DNA from: a virus
Lineage: Duplodnaviria > Caudoviricetes
Virus record (IMG/VR): IMGVR_UViG_3300020148_000032
Reading direction: 5' to 3' (one strand)
Length of the DNA stretch: 64,000 nt
The translations under genes and the position numbers were made by a program. The notes under the pieces are model-generated. The model was not told where the DNA came from. It made no database searches and saw only the letters and a program-made list of their open reading frames with translations. Below, one piece after another: positions 8,966 to 18,571 of this stretch; within the stretch, counting starts at the first letter, position 1; the number at the start of each line of letters is the position of its first letter.

Positions 8966-11315
8966 TATATTCTCCCTTGTTTACATAAAGAATTACCTCT
9001 TTTGTTGTCCCTACATTTAAATTAGTACCTGGATCAATACTTTGTTCTATTATTACTCCACTTGGGAAGGTTGAATCATCTCTTTCATCAACACTTACAT
9101 GAGCAGTAATGCCAGAATTCTTAAGAACTGAAATCGCTACAGACGGTGGCATTCCTATCACTGAAGGAACTTCAAACTTATCAACACTTGTTGATTTAAT
9201 TGGAGTAAGAGTATCATCGCTTGATTCATAATTAAGAGGGATGTTTTCTTCACCTTCAAGAATCTTTTTCATGATAGTCCACCCACTATCGGCTGCAGCA
9301 TTATTAAACCATCTCGTTATTTGTCCCTTGTAAGAAATATAATCAATCTCATTAACAAGTTTATCCATGTCATACACATTAATATAAAGAGAATATTGGC
9401 CAGAAATCTGCGACCAAGCAAGATTGTAAAGCTGGTTTGTTCCAGATTTAGCAACAGTGTCATACCCAGGAACATCCTTCCCAATACCAAAAGCATTCGG
9501 GATCTCTCCAGATATATTAGCACGCATTGCTTGAAGAACAATACCAGCATCATGAGCGCTCATTACTTTACGACAACTATCGGAAGAACCATCATAGCTT
9601 TCTGGAACTTCTGGTTCTGTACCATCAGAATATGAATAACTCATGACTGGAGTGGGCGGACAATAGATTCCATCGTTAGCGAAAGTAGCAAAGGCTGCTG
9701 CCATATTCACTGGACTATTAGAGGTAGTTCCAAGAGTGTACGAAAGACTTCGTCCTCCAATTTCATCTGGCGCACTTAGTCCCACGCTCCTACTAAATTC
9801 TTTAATGTTTTCAACACCTACTTTAATAGTAAGTTCCGAGAACCAAGTGTTAGATGATAAAGCAGTCGCTTTTTTATAATCCATATAACCACCCTGAAGG
9901 GCACAACTAGAAGAGTTTTTAATTGAACCACTAGCAGGCATGTCGTAATCAGGGTCATATAAAGGACACCTTGAAGAGAAAGCTAGATCTTCTTCAGTAA
10001 AACCTTGATTCAAAGCTGTAGCAAGTGTGAACATTTTATATGTCGAACCTGTTCCAGTTGGATTAAGAGGAACATTAATCTCTGTTTCGCCATCGCCTTT
10101 ACCATACTCCCTATTAACAGAAATGGCAAGAACTCCGCCGGTTCCAGGCTGAACTACAGAAACAGGAGCTACTACTCGATGAGTGTTTGTAAAATTGGCT
10201 TCTAGAGTTTGATCAGCTATATCCATCACTTTTGGATCAAGGTAAGTGTAAACGTTTAAGCCGCCACGAGCAAGGATAGCATCCCTTTCACTTTGAGTAG
10301 AACCTAACTTCTCAGAGTTTTTCAAATAGTCAAGAACGTAATCACAATAGAATGGGTATTTGCTTGAGTAACAATTTCCATTCTGTTCAGCTTTATTAAA
10401 GATAAGAACTTGAGTATATGCAACGTCAGCTTGATGTTGAGTAATATCCCCTTGAGCTACCATACGTTGGAGAACTTGATATTGTCTGTCTTTCCATTGA
10501 GAGTCATCTTCATTATCAAGATTATAAAGAGATGGATTTTGAGCAGTTCCTATAAGAGCTGAAGCTTCTGATAGAGTAAGATCTTTAGCGCTTTTACTAA
10601 AAAAGTATTGACTTGCCGCTTCAATGCTGTAAACGTTAGGGTTTCCAAAAGAAACCGTATTAAAGTACTCTAAAAGAATCTCATTTTTAGTGTGATTTTC
10701 TTCGAATTGTAAAGAGTATTTTAATTCCTGTATTTTTCTTGCTATAGAATATTCTGTTGCTGATTCTGGGTCTTCAGAATCATAATTATAGAATTGCAAA
10801 TTTTTTACTAATTGCTGAGTAATCCCGGAACCCCCACCAGTTCCATATACTAATGAGCGCGCAGTTCCAATAGTGTCAATTCCGCTGTGATCATAAAACC
10901 TTTGGTCTTCAGTATCAATGAGCGCTCTAATTGCATAAGGGCTCACATCATCAAGAGAATCAAGAAGAATTCTATTTTGTGTCCAGATTTCAGCAAAAGG
11001 TTGCCCATTAATGTCATAAAAAGTATTTCTTTCAGCAATAGAAATAGTTTCTAGTTCGGACGGTAAGGATTGCCATGTATTGACAGTATCTTCAGAGACT
11101 ACAGCAGTAATCGAAAGGGCAATGATTCCCGGTATGGCAAAAATAACACCGCTTAAAACAGAGAGTAGAATGAAAGCAAAGAAGGCCAAAACTTTTTTAG
11201 CAGGCTCCGCTTTGGCCTTCTTTGCTTCTGAGTCTTTTATATGAAATCTGCTGAAGAAACTATGGATATTACTTTCTTCAAACTTAGATAACTTATATGG
11301 GATCTCAATTTTCAC
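8958..11315 (-). CDS. Class A penicillin-binding protein (transglycosylase + transpeptidase + PASTA)
   Basis: N-terminal TM; GT51 motifs EDQRFYDHSGID, GGSGITQQLVKN, RKIQE; transpeptidase STYK, SSN, KSGT; C-terminal PASTA (VPSVIGM...VIIEQS). Confidence 0.92.
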   Translation of the reverse strand: MKIEIPYKLSKFEESNIHSFFSRFHIKDSEAKKAKAEPAKKVLAFFAFILLSVLSGVIFAIPGIIALSITAVVSEDTVNTWQSLPSELETISIAERNTFYDINGQPFAEIWTQNRILLDSLDDVSPYAIRALIDTEDQRFYDHSGIDTIGTARSLVYGTGGGSGITQQLVKNLQFYNYDSEDPESATEYSIARKIQELKYSLQFEENHTKNEILLEYFNTVSFGNPNVYSIEAASQYFFSKSAKDLTLSEASALIGTAQNPSLYNLDNEDDSQWKDRQYQVLQRMVAQGDITQHQADVAYTQVLIFNKAEQNGNCYSSKYPFYCDYVLDYLKNSEKLGSTQSERDAILARGGLNVYTYLDPKVMDIADQTLEANFTNTHRVVAPVSVVQPGTGGVLAISVNREYGKGDGETEINVPLNPTGTGSTYKMFTLATALNQGFTEEDLAFSSRCPLYDPDYDMPASGSIKNSSSCALQGGYMDYKKATALSSNTWFSELTIKVGVENIKEFSRSVGLSAPDEIGGRSLSYTLGTTSNSPVNMAAAFATFANDGIYCPPTPVMSYSYSDGTEPEVPESYDGSSDSCRKVMSAHDAGIVLQAMRANISGEIPNAFGIGKDVPGYDTVAKSGTNQLYNLAWSQISGQYSLYINVYDMDKLVNEIDYISYKGQITRWFNNAAADSGWTIMKKILEGEENIPLNYESSDDTLTPIKSTSVDKFEVPSVIGMPPSVAISVLKNSGITAHVSVDERDDSTFPSGVIIEQSIDPGTNLNVGTTKEVILYVNKGEYNG

Positions 11316-11323
11316 TTTACACC

Positions 11324-12100
11324 TTAAAATAGTTCGGGATTAGTAAGATAAAGAGCGTTAAGATCGTCAACATCTTTCTTAGTATCCATAGCATGCCAGA
11401 AGCCTTCATGATAATAATAACCAAGCTCTCCAGCCTTACTCATTTCAGTAAGAGCTTCAAAACTAAAATCTCCACTTTGCGAATTTACTTTTGAAAGAAC
11501 CTTGTGATCACAAATAATAAACCCACCATTAATAAGTTCGTTCTTAGTATGTGACTTTTCAGAGAAAGAAAGAACTTTTCCTTTTTCGTCAGTTTCTAGA
11601 ACTCCGAAACGTTCGCTCTTATTAACAGCAGTAATGGTAGCAACAGAATTAGAGTTAAAGTGCTGTTCTTCCACTTTACTCAAGTCAACATCACTTAAAC
11701 TGTCTCCATAAGTGAGGAAGAACGACTCTCCATCGTTAATATATTGTCTTACAGCATTAAGACGTTGACCAGTAGTGGATTTCTCACCAGTTTCTACAAC
11801 GCGAACAATCCAATCTTCTACTTCATCATTATCTTCAATGTTCATTCCATATTTAGTGAAAACAACGCTCCTCTTTGAGAATCCGTAATCTCTAAAGTAC
11901 TTTTTGAACTCATCGCTCTTGTACCCAACTGCAAGAATGAATTCCCTATAACCCTGTTTATAAAAATGTCTCATAATGTGAACGATCACTGGATCTGGAC
12001 CAATAGGAACAAGAGGTTTAGGTATCATTTCTGTCTTCTCTGACAGTCTAGTTCCTGCACCTCCAGCAAAAATAACAACTTTTTTAATCTTTTGACACAT
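11324..12100 (-). CDS. rfbF: Glucose-1-phosphate cytidylyltransferase
   Basis: VIFAGGAGTRLSEKTEMIPKPLVPIG, LTYGD, INGGF, HEGFWHAMDT; adjacent to rfbG. Confidence 0.88.
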   Translation of the reverse strand: MCQKIKKVVIFAGGAGTRLSEKTEMIPKPLVPIGPDPVIVHIMRHFYKQGYREFILAVGYKSDEFKKYFRDYGFSKRSVVFTKYGMNIEDNDEVEDWIVRVVETGEKSTTGQRLNAVRQYINDGESFFLTYGDSLSDVDLSKVEEQHFNSNSVATITAVNKSERFGVLETDEKGKVLSFSEKSHTKNELINGGFIICDHKVLSKVNSQSGDFSFEALTEMSKAGELGYYYHEGFWHAMDTKKDVDDLNALYLTNPELF

Positions 12101-13172
12101 GGAGGAACTCCTTTATCTGTGTAGTAGTAATCTTATTAACATTGTACCCATTAATCCATTGTAAATACCATATAAATGTCTTATTAAGTATTTTTTCTTT
12201 TGTTTCCCACTCTGGCGCCCAATCAAAAGTTTCTCTGAATTTTGAACTATCGAGAGTGAGTATATTTGTTTCATGGAATTTCTCACCGTTAGAAGCATCA
12301 ATGATTTCTACTTTTAATTTTTCATGAGCGAAATCTGAGATTTCTTTAGTCTTCATGATACTTTCAGGATTAGGGCCAATATTGTAAGCTCCAGCGACAA
12401 CTGGGTTCTCATATTGTTCCTTAGCGAGGATTACATATGCAAAAACTGCATCAAGAACATGTTGATATGGTCTTACACTATCAAAGTTTCTAATAGAGAC
12501 GGAACTTTTGTTCTTCAATGCCCTTACAATGTCTGGAACAATACGATTAGCGGCAAAGTCTCCACCACCGATTACATTACCAGCGCGAACAGTTGAAAGG
12601 ATCTTCTCATTAGGGTCATTTTTAAAATACGATTCATTATAAGAATAACTGAGAATTTCTGAACAAGATTTACTTGAAGAATAAGGGTCACTACCCATTA
12701 ATTCTTCATCTTCTTTATACCCCTCTGATTTCTCATAATTCCGATAAACCTTATCAGTAGTAATATTAACGATAGACATTTTCTTTGGAGTTTTTCGTAC
12801 TCCTTCAAAAATATTTAGAGTACCCATGACATTAGTGAGATAAGTAGTATAAGGGTCCTCATAACCTACACTTACAATTGGTTGAGCCGCAAGATGGAAA
12901 AGAATGTCTGGTTCTTCAAAAGCGATAATATCTGACACTACTTTACTGTTAATGTCAAAATCATAAGAGTTAATACCCATTTCTTCGAAGTTCATTAATG
13001 GATATAAGACAGCTTCTTCTTGCTGGACTCCGATACCGACAACTTCCGCTCCAAGTTCATGAAGCAATGCCGCTAGCCAAGACCCCTTAAAGCCTTGGAT
13101 ACCAGTAATAACAACATTTTTACCTGCATAAAATGCTTTGAGCTCTTCCACTCTTTTATGATTCGAAAGCAT
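12084..13172 (-). CDS. rfbG: CDP-glucose 4,6-dehydratase
   Basis: ITGIQGFKGSWL, FHLAAQPIV, TTDKVY, DPYSSSK, VRAGNVIGGGD, RPYQHVLD. Confidence 0.93.
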   Translation of the reverse strand: MLSNHKRVEELKAFYAGKNVVITGIQGFKGSWLAALLHELGAEVVGIGVQQEEAVLYPLMNFEEMGINSYDFDINSKVVSDIIAFEEPDILFHLAAQPIVSVGYEDPYTTYLTNVMGTLNIFEGVRKTPKKMSIVNITTDKVYRNYEKSEGYKEDEELMGSDPYSSSKSCSEILSYSYNESYFKNDPNEKILSTVRAGNVIGGGDFAANRIVPDIVRALKNKSSVSIRNFDSVRPYQHVLDAVFAYVILAKEQYENPVVAGAYNIGPNPESIMKTKEISDFAHEKLKVEIIDASNGEKFHETNILTLDSSKFRETFDWAPEWETKEKILNKTFIWYLQWINGYNVNKITTTQIKEFLHVSKD

Positions 13173-13947
13173 TTAGCATCCTCTCATCCTCGGATTCTTC
13201 AACTTGACCATTTTTTTCATCATCGGTTAAGTCAAATAATTCGGGAGTTCTTGTTCCGTTAATTTTTACAGACACATCTGCAATTAAATGTTTGAATTTC
13301 GATGCGCCTGATACTGTAAGTTTCTCAGCAAAATGCGCTGAGGAATGATTACTTGTAAAAATTACAAGTAACGAATTAGAGTAGATGTGTTCAATGAGTT
13401 GTTCAATCATTGGAATATCTCTACGCTGGTCATATACATCTTTAGACCCTAAATTGTCAATAATATAAACTGAATATTGTTTATCTAGTGCTTTCTCAAA
13501 CTTAGCTCTACCCTCAAACCCTGTTGATGCATAATGAAGAAGTAAATTCTCATTAAGAAGTTTCACTCTAGAAGGGGTCGTTAGCCCAGCTCCTATGAAT
13601 TTTCTCACTGTAGCATAGGCTAAATAAGTTTTTCCAGATCCAGGGTCACCAAAGATAAAGAAGTTACTCTTTCCCTTATCTTTTATCATGTCAAGGATAG
13701 TTTTTGCAGCTGGGTTATCTATCTTTGAAAGTGAAGCTCCCCGCCAACGCTCAGGTACTTCAGAATCCCAAATTTTAAGGTTAGTAGCGCGTTCTCTAAG
13801 AGTCTTCTCTCTCTCAACTCTTTCATAAGTTTCGTTCATTGAATTCTGGAATTCATGGAAAGATTCATAATTAGTTTCGTTATGAATGATTTCTATTGGC
13901 TCTTCAGAATCATCAGCACTGAATAGTGAGCTTTCTTCAAAAGTCAT
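13156..13947 (-). CDS. DnaC/IstB-like AAA+ helicase loader
   Basis: VPERWRGASL, GDPGSGKT, YIIDNLG, IFTSN; downstream of dnaB. Confidence 0.8.
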   Translation of the reverse strand: MTFEESSLFSADDSEEPIEIIHNETNYESFHEFQNSMNETYERVEREKTLRERATNLKIWDSEVPERWRGASLSKIDNPAAKTILDMIKDKGKSNFFIFGDPGSGKTYLAYATVRKFIGAGLTTPSRVKLLNENLLLHYASTGFEGRAKFEKALDKQYSVYIIDNLGSKDVYDQRRDIPMIEQLIEHIYSNSLLVIFTSNHSSAHFAEKLTVSGASKFKHLIADVSVKINGTRTPELFDLTDDEKNGQVEESEDERMLNAFES

Positions 13948-14351
13948 ATCCTTCCGCTCCTTCCTTCAATACGTTTCTGTGACGCTAGTTGGCCTTTGTC
14001 AAATTTAATTCCAGCAAGATCTAAAGTTGTTACACCTAAAACAAGTTTGTTTTCAAAGATATCGTTAATACACGCAACGTATTTCTTTTCGCTCCACTTT
14101 TCAGATAAAACTAATTTTATATAAAAAGTTTTGATTTCTTTAAGGAGATGAGAATTCGTTTTTGCAGAACTATTAAAATATTCTTTAAATCTTGTAAAAG
14201 GATGAACTACTTCTAAATATTTTGACAAGAATTTTTCTGATTTTTGTGAATCAGTCAAAAGTATTAACTCTTCTGATTCTATATTATCAAAGGAAAGACC
14301 CTCTGATCCAGACATAAGGGGATTACGCTTAATAGGTATATTTTGATCCAT
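13944..14351 (-). CDS. Hypothetical protein between dnaB and the loader (possible initiator subunit)
   Basis: 135-aa ORF with ATGA overlap; function inferred from position only. Confidence 0.6.
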   Translation of the reverse strand: MDQNIPIKRNPLMSGSEGLSFDNIESEELILLTDSQKSEKFLSKYLEVVHPFTRFKEYFNSSAKTNSHLLKEIKTFYIKLVLSEKWSEKKYVACINDIFENKLVLGVTTLDLAGIKFDKGQLASQKRIEGRSGRI

Positions 14352-14360
14352 GTTTACCCC

Positions 14361-15800
14361 TTACCCTAGATCCAAGTCAACATCATCGTCAAAGTTAAGA
14401 TCATCTTCATTAAGTTCATTAAGATAATCATCGTCAGTTAATCTTTGAACATCTTTACTCTTCAAAACCTCACGGAATAGAGACGTTTCAAGGTTAGAAT
14501 GACACCTAATAATCTTATTAGCTTCACCGCCACGATTCTTAGCAATAATTACTAAAGTGTGTGGAGTTGAATCATCTAAGCTTCTATCTCTGTGTAATAA
14601 TATTACAATATCAGAGTCTTGTGCGATAGCGCCTGACTCACGAATTTGGTCAAGCGTAGGAATAGCATTCTCATCATCTTTAGATTCACGATTAAGCTGA
14701 ACAAGAATCATAATAGGGACTTGTAATTGCTTTGCAAGTAACTTCATATTACGAGACATGTCAGCAACAGCTTCCTGTCGGCTAGAGAAACGACCAACTG
14801 GAGTAATCAACTGTAAATAGTCAACAATGACAAGATCTAAACCTTCTGGTGTTTGAGCCTGTCTTAGAGCTTTTGCTCTAATGCTGTCAATCGTCACTTT
14901 AGGTTCAGTATCCATAAGAATTTTCATCTTTGAAAAATCTTCAGTCTTTATTTTGAGAATTTCTTTATCCTCATCACTAAGATCACCTTTTTTGATTTTG
15001 CTAAGAGAGATACCAGTCATACTAGAAATAATACGGTCAGTAATTTCAACCTCACTCATTTCGAGAGAGAAAAACATCACTGATTTTCCAGCACTAGCTG
15101 CAGCCGTGGCGCTATTAACAGCAAAAATAGATTTACCAATACCAGTTCTCGCTCCAATAGTAATTAGCTGTCCAGGTAACCAACCAGTAGTATATCCATT
15201 CAAAGACGGAAGCAAACTAGGAATACCTTGAAGACCATTAGAGACTTGAGCATTTAGTTCACTAAGGCGTTTTCGTTCTTCAATTAAAGAGAAATATTCA
15301 CCAAGGTAATTATTGAATTGAACTGTAGTAGCGTCATCTGATAGAGAATAAAGGATACTATTAAGTTCTGAAAGAATGTCTGAGACCGCCTCATTAACTG
15401 ACACTCCACTGTCATCCTTAACAACGGTTCCTGCTTCTGAAAGGATATTTTGGACTTTTTTCCTTGTACTAAAAGTCTTTACAAGTTTTGCATAAATATT
15501 AGGTGGAGCTTCTAAAATGTATTTGCGACCTTCCTCTCGGAGAGCATATAACTCTTTAGTTCCTCCAGATTTTGCGAGGTTGCCCAATTCTTCCAGATTC
15601 ATTGCTATTGTTTCTGGAGTAACTTGCTCATCCTTACGAGCAATGTTAACTATTGATTGAAAAATAAGTTCTAGAGTTGGCTCTTGAATATCATCAGGAG
15701 TAACAATTTCAAGTACTCTGTTTACTTTTGAACCGTCATACAAAAGGGTAGCGATTAAACGTCGCTGCACCTGTTGGTAACGATCATTTTTTTCAGACAT
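14361..15800 (-). CDS. dnaB: Replicative DNA helicase
   Basis: GARTGIGKS, FFSLEMS, IVDYLQL, VQLNRE, IRESGAIAQDSD, IAKNRGG. Confidence 0.96.
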   Translation of the reverse strand: MSEKNDRYQQVQRRLIATLLYDGSKVNRVLEIVTPDDIQEPTLELIFQSIVNIARKDEQVTPETIAMNLEELGNLAKSGGTKELYALREEGRKYILEAPPNIYAKLVKTFSTRKKVQNILSEAGTVVKDDSGVSVNEAVSDILSELNSILYSLSDDATTVQFNNYLGEYFSLIEERKRLSELNAQVSNGLQGIPSLLPSLNGYTTGWLPGQLITIGARTGIGKSIFAVNSATAAASAGKSVMFFSLEMSEVEITDRIISSMTGISLSKIKKGDLSDEDKEILKIKTEDFSKMKILMDTEPKVTIDSIRAKALRQAQTPEGLDLVIVDYLQLITPVGRFSSRQEAVADMSRNMKLLAKQLQVPIMILVQLNRESKDDENAIPTLDQIRESGAIAQDSDIVILLHRDRSLDDSTPHTLVIIAKNRGGEANKIIRCHSNLETSLFREVLKSKDVQRLTDDDYLNELNEDDLNFDDDVDLDLG

Positions 15801-15865
15801 GAAAACCTCTTCTTTTTAAACCACATTTATTCTAACAAAAGAACTTGTTAAAACTGCTGTAAAAT

Positions 15866-15897
15866 AAAAATAGAGTGCCCGAAGGCACCCTATTTTT
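15866..15897 (-). terminator. Rho-independent terminator (UUCG loop) after MoxR-1
   Basis: Minus strand AAAAATAGGGTGCC-TTCG-GGCACTCTATTTTT. Confidence 0.85.
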
Positions 15898-15918
15898 AGT
15901 GTGTTGTACTACTTTTAT

Positions 15919-17067
15919 TTACTTGTCAACTCGAAGATACTCGTTAATCTTGGGAAGGATTTCCTTAATGATGTACTGCTTGTTGTCATTACCAGTAACC
16001 TTCAAGTTGCTTAATTTCTTTGTCATATCCTGGAAGTAAGGAGCAACGTAGTTACCCTTACCCTGTTCAATGATGTGTGTCACAAGAGCGAGCACCTTAG
16101 GTGCGTTATCATCGTCAATAAGTTCAACAACAGAACGAAGAATAAGGCTCACATCGTTAAGAGAAATACTCTTCCAATTCACAGAAGCAGGGTTCTCAAT
16201 AACATCTTCAGGGTGGATAATGTCATTCTTACGAAGCCAATCCCTGAAAGCCGTACCTGCTGATGCACCGATAAGACCAAAAGCTACAAGATCCTGAGCT
16301 TCAGTTCGGTCACCAGCAAAGGGGAGAACCTTTGCAAGGTTATCCCAAGAACGACGAGAAGCCCATGCGTTTCGGTAAACAGTCATATCTGAAGGGTCAG
16401 ACTCGTTAATACCATAAGTATTAGGGTTAGAACTAGTAGAATTCTCGCGGTGAAGATATGAAGGGTTATCCATAATAAACCGAGTGATGAGTCGACGCCA
16501 GCGCATTTCCTCGTCCGAAACCTTCTCGTTCCACGCCCTATTCATACCGTCAATCCAAGCATCCATAGTAGGAGACCAAGAAATCCAAAGAATACGATTA
16601 GTAGTGGGGCTGTCAAGATCATAACCGTCGGCAGCCTGATCAGTAGGATTCATGGCTCCAATAACAATGGTTTCTTTCGGCATTGTCTCACCGTTAGGGA
16701 ACTCACGATTCTGTAGAAGTGTTAGCATCGAAGCGCGAGTAGCGGGTGAGGTATTAGAGAACTCATCAAGGAAGAGAATAACCTTCTTCTTTTGAAGAAC
16801 CTTAACCTGCCACCAAGGAGCAAGATTAACAGTACCAAAAATTGGAGTTCCGTCTTCTGCCTCCATCACTGGAGCTCCCTTAGGGAGACCAACGATATCA
16901 GTAGGGTCCATCTGAGAACCGATAAGGGTAATGAGTTCGTAGTTCATTTCCTTAGCGATTGATCGAATTGTGGCAGTTTTAGTGGTACCGGGTGCTCCAA
17001 CAAGAACTGCAGGAATGCGCGCCCGCATGGCAGACTTTAAAGCAACCTCTTGAAGACTAATGCTCAT
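15919..17067 (-). CDS. MoxR-type AAA+ ATPase
   Basis: GAPGTTKT, DPTDIVGLP, LFLDEF, IGAMNP, SRRSWD. Confidence 0.85.
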   Translation of the reverse strand: MSISLQEVALKSAMRARIPAVLVGAPGTTKTATIRSIAKEMNYELITLIGSQMDPTDIVGLPKGAPVMEAEDGTPIFGTVNLAPWWQVKVLQKKKVILFLDEFSNTSPATRASMLTLLQNREFPNGETMPKETIVIGAMNPTDQAADGYDLDSPTTNRILWISWSPTMDAWIDGMNRAWNEKVSDEEMRWRRLITRFIMDNPSYLHRENSTSSNPNTYGINESDPSDMTVYRNAWASRRSWDNLAKVLPFAGDRTEAQDLVAFGLIGASAGTAFRDWLRKNDIIHPEDVIENPASVNWKSISLNDVSLILRSVVELIDDDNAPKVLALVTHIIEQGKGNYVAPYFQDMTKKLSNLKVTGNDNKQYIIKEILPKINEYLRVDK

Positions 17068-17107
17068 GAGAATCCTTTCAATAAAGTATTACAACAACAC
17101 ATGTCTC

Positions 17108-17136
17108 ATGTTATCATGTTTTTAGAAATGTGTCAA
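17108..17136 (-). promoter_or_regulatory. Sigma70/SigA-like promoter for MoxR-1
   Basis: TTGACA-17 nt-TAACAT on the minus strand. Confidence 0.65.
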
Positions 17137-17151
17137 ATATACTCTTATAAT

Positions 17152-17179
17152 AAAAAAGCGACCCGAAAGTCGCTTTTTT
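17152..17179 (-). terminator. Rho-independent terminator after recA
   Basis: aaaaaagcgac-ccgaaa-gtcgctttttt. Confidence 0.85.
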
Positions 17180-17196
17180 ATATTGTTTTCTACAAT

Positions 17197-18297
17197 TTAG
17201 TCCTCTGAACTTTCATCAAGTTCAACATCGGACTCCTCAGAACCTTCACCGCCAGGTGAAAGTAAAGAGGCTTCAATAGCCTTTGCAAGAGCGACCGAGA
17301 GCCTGCTTTGAAGCTCTGAATCACCTTCAATCTTAGCAATAGCGTCAGCCTTGCTACTAGCGATAGGTTCACCAGTTTCAGTCTCAATGTAACTTCTTGC
17401 ATTAGGCTTAGTAATAACACCGTAATTTGGACCAACTTCTACCATTTCAGCGGCTTTGTTAATTCCTTGATTGAATGTAAGTACAGTAGGAGCTTCTTGG
17501 AAGGGTGGAGCAATCTTGTTTTTTACAATCTTTATCTTTACTTCGGTTCCGATAACCTTAGTTCCTTCTTTCACTTGACCCTTTCGGCGAATGTCAATTC
17601 TTTGGCTAGCGAAGAACTTCAAAGCCTTACCACCAGTAGTAGTTTCAGGGTTACCAAGAACGAAACCTACTTTTTCACGAAGCTGATTAATGAAAATAAC
17701 AGTACACTTGTTCTTGTTTGCAGTGTTAGCGAGTTTCTTCAATGAACGTGAGAGAATACGAGCAAGAAGAGCCATATTCTGATCTTCAAGAGTTCCTTCG
17801 AATTCAGCCTTAGGGACAAGTGCGGCGACCGAGTCAACAACAATAATATCCACTGAACCGCTAGCAGCAAGCTGTTCAACAAGCTCTAGAGCCTGTTCTG
17901 CATAATCAGGCTGAGCAATACCAAGACGACTCATGTCAACACCAAGTTTAGTTGCATAAGCCGGGTCAAGGGCATTTTCAAGGTCGATAAAAACAGCATT
18001 TCCGCCATTTTTCTGGACGTTACCTACAGCTGTAAGAGCAATAGAAGTTTTACCTGAAGCTTCTGGTCCATAAATTTCAATGATACGGCCGACTGGAAGG
18101 CCACCACCAGCGAGCGAATCAAGAACAAGACTTCCAGATGAAATAGTCTCGACACGGCGAGATTTATCACCAAATAATGTGACAAGTTTGTCACCCTGCT
18201 CAGTCTTGAATTGATTATTGATTGTTTTGAGTGCTGCTTCAAAAGCCTCAATTTTTGAAAGTGCGCCGTCAGTACCGGCCTCTCGTTTAGTTGCCAT
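17197..18297 (-). CDS. recA: Recombinase RecA
   Basis: GRIIEIYGPEASGKT, IVVDSVAALVPKAE, FINQLREKVG, PETTTGGKALKFFASQR, KNKIAPPF. Confidence 0.98.
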   Translation of the reverse strand: MATKREAGTDGALSKIEAFEAALKTINNQFKTEQGDKLVTLFGDKSRRVETISSGSLVLDSLAGGGLPVGRIIEIYGPEASGKTSIALTAVGNVQKNGGNAVFIDLENALDPAYATKLGVDMSRLGIAQPDYAEQALELVEQLAASGSVDIIVVDSVAALVPKAEFEGTLEDQNMALLARILSRSLKKLANTANKNKCTVIFINQLREKVGFVLGNPETTTGGKALKFFASQRIDIRRKGQVKEGTKVIGTEVKIKIVKNKIAPPFQEAPTVLTFNQGINKAAEMVEVGPNYGVITKPNARSYIETETGEPIASSKADAIAKIEGDSELQSRLSVALAKAIEASLLSPGGEGSEESDVELDESSED

Positions 18298-18502
18298 TTT
18301 ATTTCCTACTTACCTTAGTGTTGATTACTTTCTATTGAGAGAAATGTAATACTATTCTACCAAAAATAGGTTTCTAAACTGAATCTCTCGCAAACTTTTT
18401 AAAACTCCAAGTTGGCTTCTATGCGAAAATGAGAACAAAAAACATTAAAGTTGCTGAACTATACAGAAAACAGATTTTCTTTAAAAAATCGAAAATATTC
18501 TA

Positions 18503-18552
18503 AAGAATGTCAGCTATACACACGTAATAGTGTTATTATAGCTGACATTCTT
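18503..18552. repeat. 16-bp perfect inverted repeat (terminator/operator) after VWA-1
   Basis: aagaatgtcagctata / tatagctgacattctt with an 18-nt loop. Confidence 0.75.
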
Positions 18553-18571
18553 AGTTTAAAAAGTGAGATTA

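Noticed and set aside
11324-13172. O-antigen/capsule locus
   Set aside because: No wzx/wzy, ABC exporter, priming transferase or RfbH-type dehydrase in the window
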